Assembly: GCF_006345805.1 (NCBI RefSeq)
Contig: NW_021832666.1
Coordinates: forward strand, 1 to 39,064
Reading direction: 5' to 3'
From: Octopus sinensis
Taxonomy: Eukaryota
DNA: 39,064 bases
Position numbers and translations under genes: made by a program. The notes beneath the pieces were generated by a model. It did no database searches and was not told where the DNA came from. It saw nothing but the letters and a program-made list of their open reading frames with translations. Positions 33,014-39,064 of this stretch are shown here, piece by piece (position 1 is the stretch's first letter; each line of letters opens with the position of its first letter).

Positions 33014-33973
33014 TTTTATCTTGTAAGAACAATATTCCTTTATGATTGATCAACGAGGGATGCTTTTATTCCTGTAAAACTTTGCAATTCTTTCATTTGA
33101 AGAAAATACTTGTCCGTATTAACTGTTTCGTTTTGGTTTGGTCTTACACTTCATGACAAAATACACCTTGCTCCATCTGAATATCATCTTTGCATATGCT
33201 ACCAAACTCAGAGAGCATAACTTTATTTTGGTCCTGATTTGGGGATGGGTTTCCCTTTGTCATTGGGAGCTAACCATTGTCGTTTTCTGTAGGATATGGT
33301 TATAGAAAACCTACTTTTCATCACCTGTGATGATTTTTATCTTGTAAGAACAATATTCCTTTATGATTGATCAACGAGGGATGCTTTTATTCCTGTAAAA
33401 CTTTGCAATTCTTTCATTTGAAGAAAATACTTGTCCGTATTAACTGTTTCGTTTTGGTTTGGTCTTACACTTCATGACAAAATACACCTTGCTCCATCTG
33501 AATATCATCTTTGCATATGCTACCAAACTCAGAGAGCATAACTTTATTTTGGTCCTGATTTGGGGATGGGTTTCCCTTTGTCATTGGGAGCTAACCATTG
33601 TCATTTTCTGTAGGATATGGTTATAGAAAACCTACTTTTCATCACCTGTGATGATTTTTATCTTGTAAGAACAATATTCCTTTATGATTGATCAACGAGG
33701 TATGCTTTTATTTCTGTAAAAAAAAAGGAATTCTTTCATTTGAAGAAAATACTTGTCCGTGTTAACTATTTCATTTTGGTCTTACACTTCATGACAAAAG
33801 ACACCTTGTTCCATCTGAATATCATCTTTGCATATGCTGCCAAACTCAGAGAGCATAACTTTATTTTGGTCCTGATCTGGGGATGGGTTTCCCTTTGTCA
33901 TTGGGAGCTAACCATTGTCGTTTTCTGTAGGATATGATTATACAAAACCTACTTTTCATCACTTGTGATGATT
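33014..33973. repeat. 321-bp tandem triplication inside the mariner
   Basis: Units start at 33014, 33335 and 33656; units 1 and 2 are almost identical, unit 3 is more diverged. Confidence 0.95.
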
Positions 33974-34075
33974 CTACACAGGACAGTTTCGGTAACAAAT
34001 CTACTATTCCACGAAGAGCAGAGGGTAACTCTTTGATAAACCCGAGAAACGATTATATAATGAAGGGTTCAATAA

Positions 34076-34306
34076 GGCGGCGAGCTGGCAGAAACGTTAG
34101 CACGCCGGGCGAAATGCGTAGCCGTATTTCGTCTGCCGTTACGTTCTGAGTTCAAATTCCGCCGAGGTCGACTTTGCCTTTCATCCTTTCGAGGTCGATA
34201 AATTAAGTACCAGTTACGCACTGGGATCGATATAATCGACTTAATCCGTTTGTCTGTCCTTGCTTGTCCCCTCTATGTTTAGCCCCTTGTGGGCAGTAAA
34301 GAAATA
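34076..34306 (+). mobile_element. SINE family A, full length, 18-bp TSD, inserted in the mariner
   Basis: TATATAATGAAGGGTTCA at 34054-71 and 34307-24. Confidence 0.95.
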
Positions 34307-34619
34307 TATATAATGAAGGGTTCATTTACTAGTTTAGACACATTTTTTTTTGTTCATGAAGGTTTTTTTTATAATTGATGTGTGATTTAAACTGAATGTG
34401 AAGTTTGCTTTAGATTTTCTTCAACAACGATTTTCAGAAGCAGAACTTGGTTCTTTAAATCGAGGTTGAATCTGCGAAAGAAAAATTTCCCGAACCATCG
34501 TTGGTACGACCGGACATTTAAAGCTTCGTTTCCGCAGACACAACGACTACGTCTTGCCGCTTCCATTCCTGAAGATCCCATTTTTTGAATTCATACAGCA
34601 TATAGTGTCTGATATGCTG

Positions 34620-34632
34620 CTGCTGCTGTTGG

Positions 34633-34663
<31 letters not shown>

Positions 34664-34761
34664 GGTGATGATGATGATGATGATGATGATGGTGGTGATG
34701 ATGATGGTGGTGATGATGATGATGATGATGATGATAATGATGGTGATGATAATGATGGTGG

Positions 34762-34858
<97 letters not shown>

Positions 34859-34886
34859 GATAATGACGACGACGACGATGATGTAA

Positions 34887-34923
<37 letters not shown>

Positions 34924-35030
34924 CGACGATGATGATAATGACGACGACGACGATGATGTAAATGATGATGATGATGATGATGAAGATGATGATGATGGTG
35001 ATTGATTATGATGATGGTAATGATGATGAA
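34620..35030. repeat. (GAT)n/(GGT)n tract
   Basis: Direct reading. Confidence 0.95.
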
Positions 35031-35269
35031 ATACGAAATAGGTTGCGACCTGTACAGCGGCCAGTAGGCCACTGGCAAAATCCATTAACACACTTTTCGA
35101 TAATTGTAATGTTAAGTTTCTGCCTTGTGTTTCTGCGAGTGTTTGGACCATCGCAGAACGACTTAATAGCTTCGAATTAATGGAACCGCTTCCATTACCA
35201 AACATTGTTGGTTGAGGCATCGTATTATCCGCCGTTGTGTTGCTCTGGTTTTTAAATTAATAATAACAA

Positions 35270-35289
35270 CAATAACAAAGATAATAATA

Positions 35290-35336
<47 letters not shown>

Positions 35337-35346
35337 AATAATAATG

Positions 35347-35398
<52 letters not shown>

Positions 35399-35563
35399 GA
35401 AGAAGAAGAAGAATGATAATAGTAATAATAATAATAATAATGATGATGATAATGACGATGATGAGGTTGTTGTTGTTGTTGATGATGATGTTGATGAAGA
35501 GGAGGGTGAGGTTGTTGTTGTTGATGATGATGAAGATGATAATGATGATGATGACGATGATGA

Positions 35564-35635
<72 letters not shown>

Positions 35636-35656
35636 TGATGATGATGATGATGATGC

Positions 35657-35692
<36 letters not shown>

Positions 35693-35750
35693 TAAAGATG
35701 ATGATGATGATGATGATGACGATGATGATAATACTAATACTAATAATAAT
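35270..35750. repeat. (AAT)/(GAT)/(ACT)n compound tract
   Basis: Direct reading. Confidence 0.95.
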
Positions 35751-36014
35751 ATGTCTATCTCTCCAAAACATTCTTAACAGATTACGTTATCTTCAATTGT
35801 GTTCAGCAGACTAAAGAGTATTAGAAGTGCAGCCATCATCATCATCATCAAACATCATCATCAATCATGATGATGATGAGGATCATCATCAGCATGATCG
35901 TCATCATCATCATCATCATCATCATAGGCAAAGATCCAACAAGCCAGTTAGTAATTCTCTTTTTTGCCGCTTCTTTTTAACAATAAAACTGTCAATGTTT
36001 ATAAAATTATGGAA

Positions 36015-36428
36015 CGTATGTATGTATGTATGTATATATATATATATATATATATGGATATACATATATATATATATGGATATATATATACATGTATATA
36101 TATATATACACACACATATATATATATGAATATATATATATATATGTGTATATACATACATATATATATATATAGACATACGTATGTACATGAATCTAAC
36201 ACACAGATACACACACATATATATATTTACACACCACACACACAAACACACACATACACACATATTTTATACGTGTGTGAGTTTGTATACATGTGCGCAC
36301 ACACACACATACACATATATGTATGTATGTGTGTGTGTATACAAACATACGCATTGCCATATGCATACGCACATATGAATATATATATATACATAGATAT
36401 ATATTTATGCGTGCGTGTAGATATATGC

Positions 36429-36462
<34 letters not shown>

Positions 36463-36730
36463 TTATATATATATATGTATAAATATATACATATATATGT
36501 ATATATATGTATATTTATGCATATATATATACATATATATATGTGTGTATATGTACATATATATGTGTGTGTATGTATATATATATATATACATATATAT
36601 ACAGAGAGAGAGAGAGAGAGACGTTCATATGTATGCATATATATATACATATTCATATATATATTTATACACACACACGTACAGACGTGCAAACACATGT
36701 ATAGAATCTACATATAAACACACGTGCACA
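36015..36730. repeat. (TA)/(CA)/(TG)n mosaic
   Basis: Direct reading. Confidence 0.95.
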
Positions 36731-37097
36731 TATGTTGATGCAGACACCTGAGCAAAGGCTTACACACTCACTCACGCTCCCACATACCTATGCACCTACC
36801 ACTATAGACAACCTGCTTATAAATCTCCGCGTAGCTTATATATTTATAACCGTATCTTAGCAACCAACCGCCATTTTCCGTCGTCATAGTGATCATCCTG
36901 AGTTAAGTTATAGTAAATACGCCGACGCCACCGTCCCCTCCGCCTCCGCCTCCTACGCCGCCTCCGTCGCTTCCGCTGCCTCCCCGCCTCCGTAGACACC
37001 CCCGCAGCCATATCACCGCCGTTGCCAACGCTGCCGCAACTTCGCTGCCCATTCCCGCCAATGGAATACTTATTCAGTATATATAACTTATAAACAT

Positions 37098-37470
37098 AGT
37101 GGCTGTGGGGTAAGTAGCTTGTTTACCAACCACATGGTTACGAGTTCAGTCCCACTGCGTGGCACCTTGGGCAAGTGTCTTCTACTATAGCCTCGGGCCG
37201 ACCAAAGCCTTGTGAGTGGATTTGGTAGACGGAAACTGAAAGAAGCCCGGCGTATATATGTATATATATGCGCGTGTGTGTTTGTGTGTCTGTGTTTGTC
37301 CCCCTAGCATTGCTTGACAACCGATGCTGCTGTGTTTGTGTTCCCCTTACTTGGCGGTTCGGCAAAAGAGACCGATAGAATAAGTCCCGGGGTCGAGTTG
37401 TTCGATTAAAGGCGGTGTTCCAGCATGGCCGCAGTCAAATGACTGAAACAAGTAAAAGAGAGTAAAAGAG
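37098..37470 (+). mobile_element. Bipartite SINE family B
   Basis: Head, short (TA)(TG) linker, tail. Confidence 0.92.
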
Positions 37471-37519
37471 ATACAATTATACCATGGCATGGCATGTCAC
37501 GGCATGGTTCTGTGATTGA

Positions 37520-37660
37520 GAAGTTCCTTTTTGTAATCACGTGTTCAGTCCCACTGTACGTCACCTCGAGCAAGTGTCTTCTACTATAGCTCCGGGCCGA
37601 CCAAAGTCTTGTGGAGTGGATTTGGTAGAGGGGAAACTATGCCGAAGCTCATTGTGTATC
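37520..37660 (+). mobile_element. Diverged SINE family B head
   Basis: GTTCAGTCCCACTG..CACCTCGAGCAAGTGTCTTCTACTATAGC..GGCCGACCAAAG. Confidence 0.75.
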
Positions 37661-37692
37661 GTTTTGTCTGTGAATGTGGTTGAGAAGCTTCT

Positions 37693-38205
37693 TATTTCTT
37701 TATTGCTCACAAGGGGCTAAACACAGAGGGGACAAACAAGGACAGACAAAGAGTTTAAGTCGATTACATCGACCCCAGTGCGTAACTGGTACTTAATTTA
37801 TCGACCCCAGTGCGTAACTGGTACTTAATTTATCGACCCCAGTGCGTAACTGGTACTTAATTTAACGACCCTGAAAGGATGAAAGGCAAAGTTGACCTCG
37901 GCGGAATTTGAACTCAGAATGTAACGGCAGGCGAAATACCACTAAGCATTTCACCCGGCGTTCTAACGTTTCTTATTTCTTTATTGCCCACAAGGAGCTA
38001 AACATAGAGGGGACAAACAAGGACAGACAAAGGGATTAAGTCGATTACATCGACTCCAGTGCGTCACTGGTACTTAATTTATCGACCCCGAAAGGATGAA
38101 AGGCAAAGTTGACCTCGGCGGTATTTGAACTCAGAACGTAACGGCAAACGAAATACCGCTGAGCATTTCGCCTGGCGTACTAACGTTTCTGCCAGCTCGC
38201 CACCT
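37693..38205 (-). mobile_element. SINE family A dimer with 13-bp TSD and an internal 32-bp triplication
   Basis: TTGAGAAGCTTCT at 37680-92 and 38206-18; TCGACCCCAGTGCGTAACTGGTACTTAATTTA x3 at ~37770-37865. Confidence 0.92.
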
Positions 38206-38420
38206 TTGAGAAGCTTCTAACCACAGAAAGAAGCCTCTTGCCACATAGCCAAGCCTGTAAAATTTATACCAGGCACTCATTCCTGCTATGGCTGTTCTTT
38301 GTTGATGTTTCCCTTCTTTGTCAGTTTAGTCTAAAGAAAAAGGGCCACATTCATAACCCTTTTCAGGGTTTCAGAGATGGAAGAAGGAGATGAAGATTTG
38401 ATCAGAAGGTTTGGAAATCT

Positions 38421-38620
38421 ACTCCTTAACTTGTTTCAGTCATTTGACTGTGGCCATGCTGGAGCACCGCCTTTAGTCGAGCAAATCGACCCCAGGACTT
38501 ATTCTTTGTAAGCCTAGTACTTATTCTATCGGTTCCTTTTGCCGAACCGCTAAGTTACAGGGACGTAAACACATCAGCATCGGTTGTCAAGCGATGTTGG
38601 TGGCGACAAACACAGACACA

Positions 38621-38678
<58 letters not shown>

Positions 38679-38849
38679 CATATATACGACGGGCTTCTTT
38701 CAGTTTCCGTCTACCAAATCCACTCACAAGGTTTTGGTCGGCCCGAGGCTATAATAGAAGACACTTACCCGAGGTGCCACGCAGTGGGAATGAACCCGGA
38801 ACTATGTGGTTGGTAAGCAAGCTACTTACCACACAGCCACTCCTACGCC
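38421..38849 (-). mobile_element. Bipartite SINE family B, full length
   Basis: Reverse complement of the head, (TA)(TG)n linker and tail. Confidence 0.92.
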
Positions 38850-39064
38850 TACGATGATAATTTCAATAAAAGTACTCAAAAATAAGAGTACTTTAGAACG
38901 GTACATTGAGGTATTAGAGACATATAACTATTGTTTCTAGCAAACAGAGCTAGCGACTTGTGGAGAGAGAGATAGTCCCCTTCTATAACTCGTTGCACCG
39001 ACAGCCTTGCAGTGGTGTGTTGTAGGACAAGATAGAAAGAAAACGTTCACAACCTATTTCAGCT

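Larger units (their letters stand above)
32669..34616 (-). mobile_element. Near full-length decayed mariner transposase, disrupted by an internal triplication and a SINE
   Basis: Minus strand: HIRHYMLYEFKK, EAARR..CGNEALNVRSYQRWF, QRVTLCSS..RIIT(G/S)DEK, NQTVNTDKY, GILFLQD, SPSLVPS, LQNYLEGKQF..EEVKN..SKPEEF..GIDYLPNRW; TIR-like sequence from TA at 32669. Confidence 0.88.

Noticed and set aside
33014-33973. CRISPR-like or satellite array unrelated to transposons
   Set aside because: No repeat-spacer alternation; the units translate as mariner transposase and the DNA is eukaryotic.

Overview
Eukaryotic, AT-rich, very repeat-dense non-genic DNA. The SINE families and microsatellite load look like an Octopus (coleoid cephalopod) genome; this is an inference from recall, not a database hit. 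No host protein-coding exon can be supported, and the long ORFs in the track are microsatellite or minisatellite artefacts. The real coding remnants are all transposon-derived: a 5'-truncated R4/Dong-type non-LTR element with RT and a restriction-like endonuclease (27908-30717), a second RLE fragment, an RTE 3' end, a Tx1/L1-like 3' end, and two decayed mariner transposases. About 20 tRNA-headed SINE copies from at least four families and a tRNA-Asp(GTC) pseudogene are present. Highlights: (1) a cluster of type I hammerhead ribozyme motifs from several Penelope-like families, one family showing base-pair covariation between copies in this window and several arranged as inverted pairs with a ribozyme on each strand; (2) retroelements that each sit in their own microsatellite class, including a Tx1-like element found twice inside (TATC)n; (3) a recurrent palindromic junction in SINE multimers; (4) two CpG-rich 15-bp minisatellite arrays in inverted orientation; (5) many fold-back palindromes next to (TA)n.
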